64,000 nucleotides of DNA, taken from Thalia democratica. Taxonomy: Eukaryota. The stretch lies in NCBI GenBank assembly GCA_965202585.1, contig OZ241827.1, forward strand, positions 77,934,001 through 77,998,000. The letters are read 5' to 3'. The position numbers and the translations under genes are program-made. Of the stretch, positions 41,486 through 54,000 are shown piece by piece. How positions within the stretch are numbered: the stretch's first letter is position 1; each line of letters starts with the position of its first letter. A model generated the notes under the pieces. It saw only the letters and a program-made list of their open reading frames with translations. It was not told the DNA's origin and made no database searches.

Positions 41486-41847
41486 GAACTTAACCTTTAG
41501 TAAAATGTTATTAATGCAGAAAAATGAAGTGTTATCTGTAAGCACTCTAATTGAGCCTGGATCAAAAATAGGTCAAGTAAGAGCTTACGATTTAGATGTT
41601 ACTGATCAAAATAGTTTGAAATACTTCATTGAATCTGATGGTCCAATGAATATAGACAAGGAGTCAGGTTTGCTAATTTTATGAAATATTATATTTTGTA
41701 AGTGTTCATTAAAAAACGATAAAGTTAAAAAAATTAGTATGCAAAGCTTATAAGTCATATAAAATACTCAAATTTAAAATTGACTTATAAAGTTTAATTT
41801 CTACAACGTTCCTACTTACAGGTGAAGTATTTTTAAATGATCTAACT

Positions 41848-41906
41848 CAGGGGTCGGCAAACTGCGGCCCGCGGGCCAATTGCGGCCCGCGAAAGGTAAA
41901 TCTGCG
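41848..41906 (+). mobile_element. 59-bp terminal fragment of a hAT-Charlie/Buster (MER58-like) element at a deletion breakpoint
   Basis: CAGGGGTCGGCAAACTGCGGCCCGCGGGCCAATTGCGGCCCGCG matches the terminus style of MER58/Charlie elements as I recall it. The preceding 8 bp atctaact fit the nnnTAnnn Buster target preference. It replaces unit-1 interval 6971-8950. Confidence 0.82.
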
Positions 41907-42064
41907 TGGCAATAATTTTTTGTCAAGTACAAAACTGTTAATTAATTTTTGAAGCTTTCGTTGAAAACTATTTAAACCAAGTGAAAATCTTTGCTAAACA
42001 ATAAAGTAATAAAGTTGAAAGGTATTCAATGAGAAAATAATCGTCATAACTAAGTTACAAATAT

Positions 42065-45000
42065 ATGATAATAAAACAAACAGATGGTGATGAAACACAA
42101 ATGAGAAACTTCAAAATAAACAAACTGAATGGAGCAATTACCCTAACACAAGAGTTAGATTATGAAAATAAAAATTATTTTGAGCTTATTGTTGTTGCAT
42201 ATGTAAGAGAAGAAACTGAACTTATGGCTGAATCTAAAGTAAGAAAAACTTTCTTGAAGTTTTAAAAAACTGTTTGATTTGAAGTAAACAATTCAATTTC
42301 AAAGAAATTATACTGTTAGGTTTAATAATATATATTTGTAAACAACACAAAATATATTGCTTATTCAGATAACAATTGAAATTGAAGACATAAACGACAA
42401 TCGACCTCAGTTTGATAGTCTTTCATATAAAACTTTTGTTGTTGAAAATAAATTGCCATATGAACCGCTTGTACAAGTCAAATGTAGTGATAAAGACTCT
42501 ACAAAATATTCAACTATCAAGTATAGGTAACGATTTGAACTAAAATACCAAATATTTATACTGTCTTTTTTTAAAACTAAAAGAAACTAGATATTACATA
42601 TAAATTAGATTTCATTTAATTGCTTTTTGTTGGCAGTAAAGTGTAAAATTACTGAAGTTAACTCAAATGAATTTAATTAAATTTTCGTAAATAAGTTTAG
42701 TTTAGTTGATAGTACTGCTTAATTAAAATAATATAAAACAACACTTAGTTTTGTAAACTGAATTATTTTTTTTCAGGTTCAATGAAAGTCATCCATCTTT
42801 TAATATCAACCCAGTGTCTGGGATGGTTTCCCTGAAAAAATCTCTGGACAGAGAAAACTACATTGAAACAAAAGGAACAATTAGTCTCAAAGTGTCTTGC
42901 ACAGACGGAAAATATGTTGATAGTTCAAATATAATTGTCACAATTAAAGATGTTAATGACAGAAAAGCTGTGTTTAAAAGCGACTCAAACCAGTTTAATA
43001 TTTCTGAAGGGTAAGTGTTTTATAAAAACTATAGAAGTTTAAATATTTATGTGGTCAAACAAAATTATTATTTTTGTTTCTTTCAGGGCTAAAGCAGGAT
43101 ACAAAACAGCATCAGTAATGTCAGCGGTAGATCAAGATTCTTCAACAAATGCTTCACTTGTAACAACAAGTATTATTAAAGGAGATCCTCTTCATTATTT
43201 CGATGTGTTTTTTCAATCGAAACACTCTTTAGAAGCTTCAGGAATGTACTTAAACATTGGATTTGAAGTAAGGATTTGCATATGTTTAAACTTAAATGCT
43301 TTGTATTACAAAGAGTTGTAATAATTCTACTATTCTTAGGTTGCTAATGATATTGATTCAAACATTCCTGATGTAAATGAAGTTACTGTCTCAGTTTTTG
43401 ACGGAATTCATCACTCTTATGCACAAGCTACTATAAACATTGTAAACCGAAAGTACAAACTACCAATTGGAAAACCGCTTTGCAAAAAGGTTGACTTCTT
43501 TTATTCCACTTTAGTTACTACGTTTTATACTTAAAATAGCTTTACAAATTAAAAAAATACATTATTACAAGATATAACAACTATATGCTACGGTCGTTTA
43601 ATACATTTTATTTTTTTACAGCTTTTTTACAACGTATCTGTCAATGAAAACAATAAAGTAAACTCACAAATAGCTACAATCGACATTGCAGACAAATATA
43701 GTAAAGCTATTTACACTTTGATTGGAGAATTTAAAAATAGATTTTCATTCGACGAAAGTACTGGTTAGTAAAACTTTAAAAGTAAACCAACAGTTCTATA
43801 ACTATTATACTATCTAAATATACTTTTTTTAGGAATAATTTATGCGACTGAAAGTTTAGACAGAGAAGAAAAAGATAGCTACCACTTAAACCTTCAAGTT
43901 AAGTACTCGAACGATTTAAAGTGCCTGATACAGGTAAAAAAAAGATTAAAAACAACTATATTGATTAACCATTCAAAAAAAAAAAACGAATTATGTCTTA
44001 CTCAAACTTATTTTCTAGATCTTTATAAAAGTGTTAGATGTGAATGACAACTGGCCAACATTTACAAAAAGTCAATTGAGGGTTCGAGTAAAAGAAGATT
44101 CGGTTGTGGGAAGCGTTGTTTATCAATTTGCTGCATTTGATGCTGATATTGGTTTGTTTTTTGAAATCAGATACAACTACCTGAATGAAAAAATAAACTT
44201 AGTTTAAAACAAAATAAAATACATTTTTTTAAGATTATTTTTTGTTTCCAAAAATAAATAAGTTTTAAAACAAAAACACACATAGTATTTTATTTTAACT
44301 CCTTTAACTAACATTTTAGGTGAAAACTCTCAACTGAAATATGCTCTACAACGTCACAGTTTAGATTCAGTTCCTTTTGAAATTGATGAAAAACATGGTT
44401 ATTTGATATTACAAAGACCCGTTGATCGTGAAATTAGAGACAAATACCGTTTCAACATTACTGTTAGTCAAATTTTTTCTTAAACTTGATAAAACTTTAG
44501 TTACAATTTTAATAAAGTTTCTTAAGCAGTTAAAGTTACAATAGGTGAAGTTTTATTTTGTCGACTAAGCTGAAGAAAATTGGCAAACATGCTTTCATAT
44601 ACAAACATAGAAACATATTGTTAACTCTATACACGAGATACAACTATAGTTTTACAATAATTTTTTTTAAAGGTAAAAGACCAAGGGATTCCAGTTAAGT
44701 CAACATCAGTTCAAGTTAATTTAAGAGTAACAGACGTGAATGACAATGCTCCTGTATTCAATCAAACAAATGTTAGTTTTCAGTATCTAAAATGTTTTAT
44801 GACTAAAAATCCGTTGACCGTTACTTATTTACTATAAAATTTACTTTACAAAGAGTGGTGTGCTCTACTATAACAAAATAAAAAAATTAATAAAGAAACC
44901 TTTTAATTGTATAATTAATATTAATCGACTCTTTTTTTTCAGTACAAAGCTGAGGTTAAGGAAAGTGCCAAAATTAGCCATCTAGTGGCAAAAGTTGAAG

Positions 45001-48000
45001 CATTCAGTTTAGACGATGGAGTAAATGCGGATTTGCAATACCTCATTGTTGGAGGAAACGAACTTAACAAGTTTCAAATCGACAGTAGATCAGGTATAAG
45101 AGAATGACTTTAAAAAATGACTACTTGAATCATTTATATAGTAACAACATTCAAATACAACTTTCATTCAAATACAGGAGAAGTTGTTCTTCTTGATGAA
45201 GTGGATTATGAGGTGAACAAATATTTTGTGTTGACAGTCCGGGCGCAGGATCTTACAGATGACCCACTTATGAGCGACACTTCTCTCAACATACGTGTCA
45301 TTGACGTCAATGACAACAAACCTACTTTTAACAACATCAATTTTCCTGTGAGTATAAACTGTTTGAATAAAAAGGTTTAAATTAAAAGCTAATGTTTTTT
45401 GTCTTTCAAATTAAAGATATTCGAAAGTCGACCATTATTTATTATTTTGTTAAAAAGTTCAAATCTGGTCATAGTTCGTGCTAAAATCGTAATTTAGATT
45501 CTAGATTTAGGGATTTAGAGTTTTCAAACAAGTTGTTAATTTCAGGTATTTGTCAACGAAGATGTCATTGATGACGTCATAGCAACAATAACCGCTTTTG
45601 ACAAGGACCAAGGCGCAGGGGGCGAGGTCAAGTACTCGTTGCTAAGCAACGAAGCGGACCAGCTGCCGTTCCAATTGGATGAGGACAGCGGTCGGCTGTC
45701 AGTGGTCGAACCGGGTCTCGACTTTGAAGCCCGCCGTTCGTACGCCTTTGAAGTAGTTGCCAGGGACAACGGAACTCCTTCCCTAGCAACGAGCGTCGAC
45801 GTCGCTGTCAAAGTGAGAGACGTCAACGACTGTCGACCGCGGGTGGCGCTCAAGAGTGTGCATGACAACGTTGCGTTGCGTTGTCAAAGTGACGTCACGA
45901 CAAAGTGCACTGCGAGCGTGTCGGAAGCAGAATGGAGAAACGTTTTTTCGGAGGAGGGCATAGTAACGGTAGGGGCGACGGATGATGACGTTGCCAAGGG
46001 AAACGCGGCCCCTTTTAAATTTAATCTCGACTCACAACTTGCAGGTTAAATAACTTGTTTGTTGTGTGTATACATTTATTTAGCTCAAACTTATTTATAT
46101 AAGCATTTCAAAAAGCCCATTTCAACTTGTTAGTTAATGTACGGTATCTCTTTTTATACATGAAACATAATTAAAAAAAATTTTTATGAAGAAAAAATTA
46201 AATTAAACTTAACCATATTCTTTTAACAGGTGAATTTGTTTTTAATGACAAAAATGTGCTGATATCAAACAACCCGTACGAAATAGAAGACATTTCATCA
46301 GATAAAGCGGCTAAAACGTTCCATTTCACCATAACTGCTACTGACAGTGGAAATCTCGAATCTTTGCCTCTTTATTTAGAAGTTGTCATTTTGAAAGAAA
46401 GCAAGTATCCACCGGTTTTGATCTCTCAAAAGATTCAAATTATGACTACTGAAGGTTTGTTCAAATATAAACTAATTTCGAATATAATAAAAGGATTTTA
46501 TTATAACAACCAACTTGTATACACGAAAAGATATATTAATAATTTACCCAAACTTAGCTACCTTTTATAATTATTTTACTTACTTGAATATTAATTATTC
46601 GTCTTAAAATAGTTTTTATTTTTACTGTTCTGTTTCAGATTACTTCAAAGGAGGAGTGATATCTTCAAAGCTGTACGCCACCGACAACGACCCCCACGAC
46701 TTGCAGCGGCTCACCTTCAAGATCGACTCGCTCGCCGACTTCGAGTCGTTCACGGTGAACCCCCTCACCGGCAAGCTATCGGCGACCAATGGCGTGCGAG
46801 GTCGCCACAACGTCACGGTTGGCGTCAGCGACGGCAGCAGGTACTCGACGGGCCGGGTCGCCATCGAAGTGGTGAAAATTTCAAAGGAGTCGATTCAGAG
46901 TTCGGTCCAGGTCACTTTCGAGGGGATTTCCCCAGAAGCGTACCTTTCGACGGTTCACGGCAAATTTTTAGCGGCCCTCGGTGACATTCTTCCAAGGGGT
47001 TCGAACCCCGGTGAAAATGTGGAAGTTTTGTCCTTGAAACGCTTGAATGATTTCAATGCGCAGCTGGTGTTCAGCGTGAGGTCGCCGAAGCGTGACGGCC
47101 AGTACCTGAAAGTCGGCCGCCAGCTGAAGGACTCGCTGCCGCTGCTCACCGAGAAGGCGGGGGTGAGGGTTACGGACGTCAGGGGGGAGGAGTGCGACCT
47201 CGAGTGCGCCCACGAGTGCCGGTACGACGTAAATGTGACGTCATCAGGGGAAAGTCCCGTCACCACGAAAAAGTGGAGCTTGCTGACCCCTCATTGGTTC
47301 GAACGCGAGGAGAATCGCGTGTGCAGGAAAGGTCACGCGGGTGTGAATTGTGCTTCCGTTTGCGCTGGAGTAACGGACGTGTGCGAGGAAGTGGGCGGAA
47401 AGTGCGAGCTGGACGCGAACGAGGTGCAACGCTACCGGTGCGCGCAGAAGAACCGAAGGAACATCGCGGTTTCTTTTGGGGGAAATTCCCTGATCGAGTA
47501 CAAGCTGAACAACCCTGAAGTGTTCAGTTTGTCGCTGAGGTTCAGAACCCGGCAGCACGACGCAAAACTGCTGGAGGCCGCGGAAGAGTCGGGAGGCAAC
47601 TTGGCGCGCGTCAGCGTCGACGAAGGGAAACTGAAGCTGGAGTTCGCGTGCGGGTTGGACGGCAGAAACATGCAAACCATGGAAATGAGCGAGTCGGAAA
47701 TGAGCGACGGAAACTGGCATGACGTCACAATCGAACCCATTTTCGACAAAGATTGCGCTTATAGGTATGAAGTTTTTATTTTAGTTACTATTCAAATTTA
47801 TTTGCAAAATTTTTGTTGTAAGTTCGTATAAAACTTATGCTTGTTACTAGTAAGATATAATAAGTGATAGTTTTCTGGCTTAGAGTTTTATTTTAGCTGC
47901 TTAGTCTTATTATAACAACTTTTATTAATGCTAAAACATAACTACAAAAGATTGCGCTTAGATGTATTTAGCTTTAGTTTTCTTTACTAGTTATTTAGTT

Positions 48001-51000
48001 CTTTATCAGTTAGTTTTATATGCTTTTCTTTGCTAACTGTTAAAAAGCATGCATTGGATCTAATTTTACCAATCAAGTTACGACATGTTGTTGTTAGTAA
48101 ACATTTGCATGTACTATATATTGCTATATATTAACTATAACTAATTTTGATTATTCTAAACAAATTTTTACAGGTTGGTAGTAGACAGTAAATACGAGGC
48201 TACAGGAGCATTGGGTGAGAACAAAAAAAGAAAGTTGAAATTTGACAAACTTACACTGGGAGGATTAGATAAAAATAATGATGGTATCATTGGATGCATT
48301 GAAGAAATTAAAATTAACCAAATTTTAATTCAAGATCTTCTTCATTACAATAAATTGAGAATTACTAAGAAACAAGAAGTTCTTGATAGGTTAGTTTCTG
48401 TTTCTATACTTTTTATACGTTAGAAGAATATATGGTTATGCTAAATAAAAACTATACGAATTTCCTACTATGTTTTAAAAAAATGTATAAATCTAACTAT
48501 TTTGATGCAACATAGACATTTAGTTTTAATGAGATGAATTTCATTGAAGTATCAATAAACAATATGTTAAAATCTACCTAATTTTTCAGATGTAGCATGG
48601 ATATTGGGTCTTGCGTGAATCATTTTTGTTACAACGGCGGTAAATGCGGACTAGACATGTCTTTAGAGGGAAATTCCCCAATATGCAAGTGTAGTTCGGG
48701 TTATGCAGGGCCTGATTGTCGCAAAAGGAAGGTTTGTGAAGACTTGCCGTGCAAAAATAAAGGAATTTGCCATTCACAAGCTGTTGAAAGTTTTAGGTTG
48801 GTGAAACTTAAAATAATTTATGTTGTTTTAGTTATTTCCTCAAATATTCAATACTTACATTAATGAAAAAACTTAATCTTTCTTTTTGAACTTTCAAGTT
48901 AGTAACTAACTGTTTTTCATTTACATTTTACTGGTAAAAAATATGTTTAGTAATCTATGTCAAAATAAAAAGATGGTAAACATACTTTTTACAGATATGA
49001 ACTTAATCTTTTTATGAACTTGTTCTTTGCTCACTTTTAGCAATTAGTAGTACTTTACTTATGGGATATAAAAACCATTAGTTTTATCATTATCACAGAT
49101 GCGAATGTAAAGAAGGTTTTGGAGGAGAATTTTGTGACGTCATATGCAAGGAGGGGTTCACCGGAGTGAATTGTGACGTCATAATAAATAAATGTTTCAG
49201 TTACGATGAAAATTTTACTTGCAACTGCTCTTTATCAAATGAAGGTAAGCTTTTTTACTATGGATATTTGCTTTGGATGTAGTAATATGTAACTACAAGC
49301 AACAAACTAATTTTGACTGCAAACATGTTCTAAAATTTTTATTATGTAAAAATTTGCTCAGAATAAACGTGAAATTTGAAGTTTTCATGAGAAATGCTTT
49401 AAACACTTTTTTTCATAATACGTAAAGTTTATTCAAATAAAACACTATGTTATCTTTTTAAGACGTTATTTACTAATATTAAAAATATATGCTTTTAAAA
49501 GCTTAAGACTTTAAAATTCAACAGCAGTATTATAATCAACTACCATAGTATAATTTGTTTAATATGGATTCTTAAAGACGACTTTATCACTTGTTTATTA
49601 AAACTAATCCTAATGTTTAAATAGGGATGTATTTTTGTCACGCAATATTTCTTTTTTTTTTATGTCACGCAAAAACTTATTAAATCTACTATTTATTGAA
49701 AAGTAATAATAAGAACGTAATAAAATACTATTTATTAACTGTATGTGTAAAAAAAGTATATAAAAGTAGCATAAAAAGGGGAGCCGATCATTTCTAACCC
49801 GCTATCATTTCTAACCCGATCATTTCTAACCCGATCACTTCTAACCCGATCATTTCTAACCCGATCACTTCTAACCCGATCACTTCTAACCCGATCACTT
49901 CTAACCCGATCACTTCTAACCCGATAATTTCTAACCCGATCACTTCTAACCCGATCATATCTAACCCGATCGTTTCTAACCCGATCACTTCTAACCCGAT
50001 CACTTCTAACCCGATCACTTCTAACCTGATCATTTCTAACCCGATCACTTCTAACCTGATCACTTCTAACCCAATCACTTCTAACCCGATCACTTCTAAC
50101 CCGATCATTTCTAACCCGATAATTTCTAACCCGATCACTTCTAACCCGATCATTTCTAACAAGATCATTTCTAACCCAATCACTTCTAACCCAATTAAAC
50201 CCAATCATTTCTAACCCGATCATTTCTAACCTGATCACTTCTAACCCGATCATTTGTAACCCGATCGTTTCTAACCCATTTACTTATGTTACGTTTTAAT
50301 TTTTTTATCTGGATTTCATGAATAACAAACTAGTTTTAATGAAGTTATTGAAAAAAATATAACTTTTATTTGCTTTAAAACATAATGATTTTAATGTGTT
50401 ACGTAAATTTAGTATAAATTTCAATTTTAGTTTTAACTTAACATAATCTTAATATAATTTTTTACCTCATTTTTTAATTTTTTTACCTACACATAATTTT
50501 AGTTTTTTTCTATTATTTATTTTGTTTTTTCAATACAATTTAAGAGACGTTTTTCGTTAATCTTATACAATTTACTAAATTGTTTACTTTAAAGTATTTT
50601 GAACTCTTCTTTGTAGGATTTTAAAATAAGCAGTGATAATTATACTTTAATTGGATCTTATTGTAATTAACGTGACTACATTAGTTTTAACATTAGCAAA
50701 TCTTAAAAACTAAACTCTTACAATTGTAATATTCAGATACAAACACTTTTATATTACGGTTTAAAAACTACATTAAAAATCTGATGTAAATGTTTTATTA
50801 TTGCTTACTAATGTATTAACCTTTTATAGTAGGATAGTTTTAAGTTTCATCTTAATAACTTATTCAAATTGTTATGCAACTTGCATAGGCCTATTAAGAT
50901 AATGTAATTCAAACAAACATTAAGAGAAGTTAAAAACGTTTGTTATATTAAGTGGAAAAGCCTGGTTTTTTAGAAACCAGCTATTAAAACAGTTATGTCA

Positions 51001-54000
51001 TATAATTAAATTGCAAAAGTTGTTATGTCGATTGACCGTCTAGATTTCACATCATTAATAAATTCCTACTTAGTTTTAGAGCAAAAAAAAATTGTTTAAC
51101 ACTAATAGTAAAAAAGACAAGTTTATTTGTTTAACAAGTTCGAGGGTAATTAAATATCACTTATGTTTTAATTGCGACTTAAATTAGTACTTTAATTGAC
51201 AAACATTTCTATAAAATTACTTTATTATAAGCAATTGAAATAACGAAAGTAAAAACAAAATAAGTATTAGAAATAAACATTTTGAAATAGAATAATAAAT
51301 TATTTATAGTTAAATTAAGTATAATTAGGAGCAGAATTTTATAAAAACTACATTAAGTTCTTTGTTTATTTTAATCAAATTTTTTTCCAGACGATTATTA
51401 CGCAAAACATATTTATTTTTTATTCATTACAGTAAAGCCAGCTTGCAGTCTATTGACTTTATTCTCGGTGGTATTTTGCACCTCTAAATTTCTATAAATA
51501 TGATGAGTTTTTTCTTTATTAAAAATTTAAACCTGTATAATAGGTTTCACAATACAAAATGGTTTTATTATTTTGTTATAAGTGTTTAAGTTATATAGTT
51601 ACCCAAATAGTTTATACTTACATTTCATATCAATGATCGCTAAATAATCCAAAATTTTTGTGTTTTTGAAAACCTGTAAAACAACAATTTTCAATAGATA
51701 TCAAGAAAATTATTTTAGAAATATCTACTATTAATCGTGAGAATAATCGTGTTTTTGCAATTTTAAAATTTGAAAACTTTTAAATTTTTAAGAAAAATGT
51801 AAATTTATTTTGCCCTACATAAATTTTATTTCAAAAGAAAAAGAAAAACGCGTAATAATAAGTTTTCGACACTAAACTTTCATAGTTAAGTTTATTATAA
51901 TTAATTATAATTTAATTACAGTTAATTTTTATATACAATTTACCAGTTGATTTAAGAATTAATATTAAATCAAAGTTCGAGTAAATGACAAGTTCTGAAT
52001 ATTTAAAAAACGTTCTACCTCTACTTTTGGTTTTGTATTAAACAGTATACACTTTAGTTTAAAGAACTTAGAATTTAATGATATTAACTTTAAATGAAAC
52101 CACCATTATAATTACAATTACTAAATTTTATTAACTGTATTATTAAAATTTTCATAAACGCTGATATTAATATTTTTAAAAAGTTGTATTTCATATAAAT
52201 TCTCCCTGAATTGGCAAAATGGTAATCTTGTTTCTACATTTAAAAATATACATTAACCATATAGAATAATTTCAAAAGAAAGTACAGAATAAACTTTAAC
52301 CGCTGCGATACTCATTATATTTCTTACATTGACGACTATCAAAACTTAATATTTAATCCTTAGAATACAAAAGACTTATACTTTTCCTAATGCTTTTTAA
52401 AACTAATTAACTACACTTAACTAATGATCCAATTTTAAATCTTATTGTCAAAACAATAAATAAACCAATTAATATCAACAATTAAATTTAACAAAAGCTA
52501 TCTGAATATTAGGTTTTATTTTAAACAAAATAAACTAAACTTCACAAAAAAACAGTTTTGTTGAGATTAATTTGTTTTTAAAACAAATTCTTATCTTAAA
52601 AAAAATAAATTAATATATTAGTACAGATCGGCTAAATAAATTTCGGGTTAGATATTATCGGGTTAGAAACGATCGGGTTAGATATGATCGGGTTAGAAAT
52701 GATCGGGTTAGAAATGATCGGGTTTAATTGGGTTAGAAGTGATTGGGTTAGAAATGATCTTGTTAGAAATGATCGGGTTAGAAGTGATCGGGTTAGAAAT
52801 GATCGGGTTAGAAGTGATCGGGTTAGAATTGATCGGGTTAGAAGTGATTGGGTTAGAAGTGATCAGGTTAGAAGTGATCGGGTTAGAAATGATCAGGTTA
52901 GAAGTGATCGGGTTAGAAGTGATCGGGTTAGAAGTGATCGGGTTAGAAACGATCGGGTTAGATATGATCGGGTTAGAAATTATCGGGTTAGAAGTGATCG
53001 GGTTAGAAGTGATCGGGTTAGAAGTGATCGGGTTAGAAGTGATCGGGTTAGAAGTGATCGGGTTAGAAATGATCGGGTTAGAAGTGATCGGGTTAGAAAT
53101 GATCAGGTTAGAAATGATAGCGAGTTAGAAATGATAGTAAACCCATAAAAAGTACGTAGTTGAACTTGGAAAATTCATAGAAAAAAAAGCTCAAACAGTT
53201 GTAATTGTTTAAAATAGCTTATAAGTTCCAAGTCTAAAAATTTTAGCTGAAAATTCAAATCAACAAAATAATAATGATGCTATCAGGTTGCAAAACTATC
53301 CTAGAAAATCAGACCAACGCGAAGAAATCATCATTTCCTTATTTAATCCTCATAATTGTTATTTTAATCGTCATAATCGTTGCCACCATAGCAACTGCAG
53401 TCGGCTGCTACGTAAGAAGGAGGCGAGGAAAAAAGATGCGAACCGGAAGTACTATTTCCACTAAAGAAAAGTTTTATTTGACACAACTGAAACACAGAGA
53501 AGGTTTGAGTGGTTTACATTAATTAATTTTCAAGTTTAATATTATATAAGTCTTTGAAGTTTAATTCACTAAAAGCAGAAATATTAACGGTCTATAAAAT
53601 GGTTTATTTCATAGATCACTCGTCAGATGGAAACCAGTCGATTCCAAAGCCACCGATTCCTGCAAGACCTGTTGATTATCAGAGATGTTCAAGAGAAATT
53701 ATTGACAGCATGGTTGAACAAGTAAATATAATTATTATCATATATTCAGTTCTTAGTTTACAGTTTGCATACTTCTAATTACTACAATTTAATTATTTAA
53801 TTATCTGTTTTTAAAAAATTTTAAGTTGAAAACCAACAATGAAATCAACAATTTAACATTAAAAAAATTAATTACATGTTTTAAAATAATTTTTCAGGAG
53901 CTAAAGAACAGGAAACAGTCAAATGACGTATTCGACAAAAGTATGACGTCATTCCAGGACAATGAAAAATTGACGTCATACCAGGATAATGGAAAGCTGA

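Larger units (their letters stand above)
49779..53143. mobile_element. Foldback/Mutator-like non-autonomous element, 3.37 kb, with long inverted arms built of 15-bp tandem repeats
   Basis: TSD cataaaaag at 49770-49778 and 53144-53152 (8 bp if the terminal c belongs to the element); empty site tagcataaaaagtacg at 16681 in unit 1; termini ggg...cc(c); AT-rich interior without an ORF. Confidence 0.9.

Noticed and set aside
48872-48990. About 115-bp intronic segment present only in unit 2
   Set aside because: No TIR, TSD or poly-A tail seen; most simply an ordinary indel.
49735-50253. Minus-strand ORFs encoding (EVIGL)n and (RVRSD)n, mirrored on + at 52684-53148
   Set aside because: Translation of a stop-free 15-bp tandem repeat in transposon arms; not a gene.
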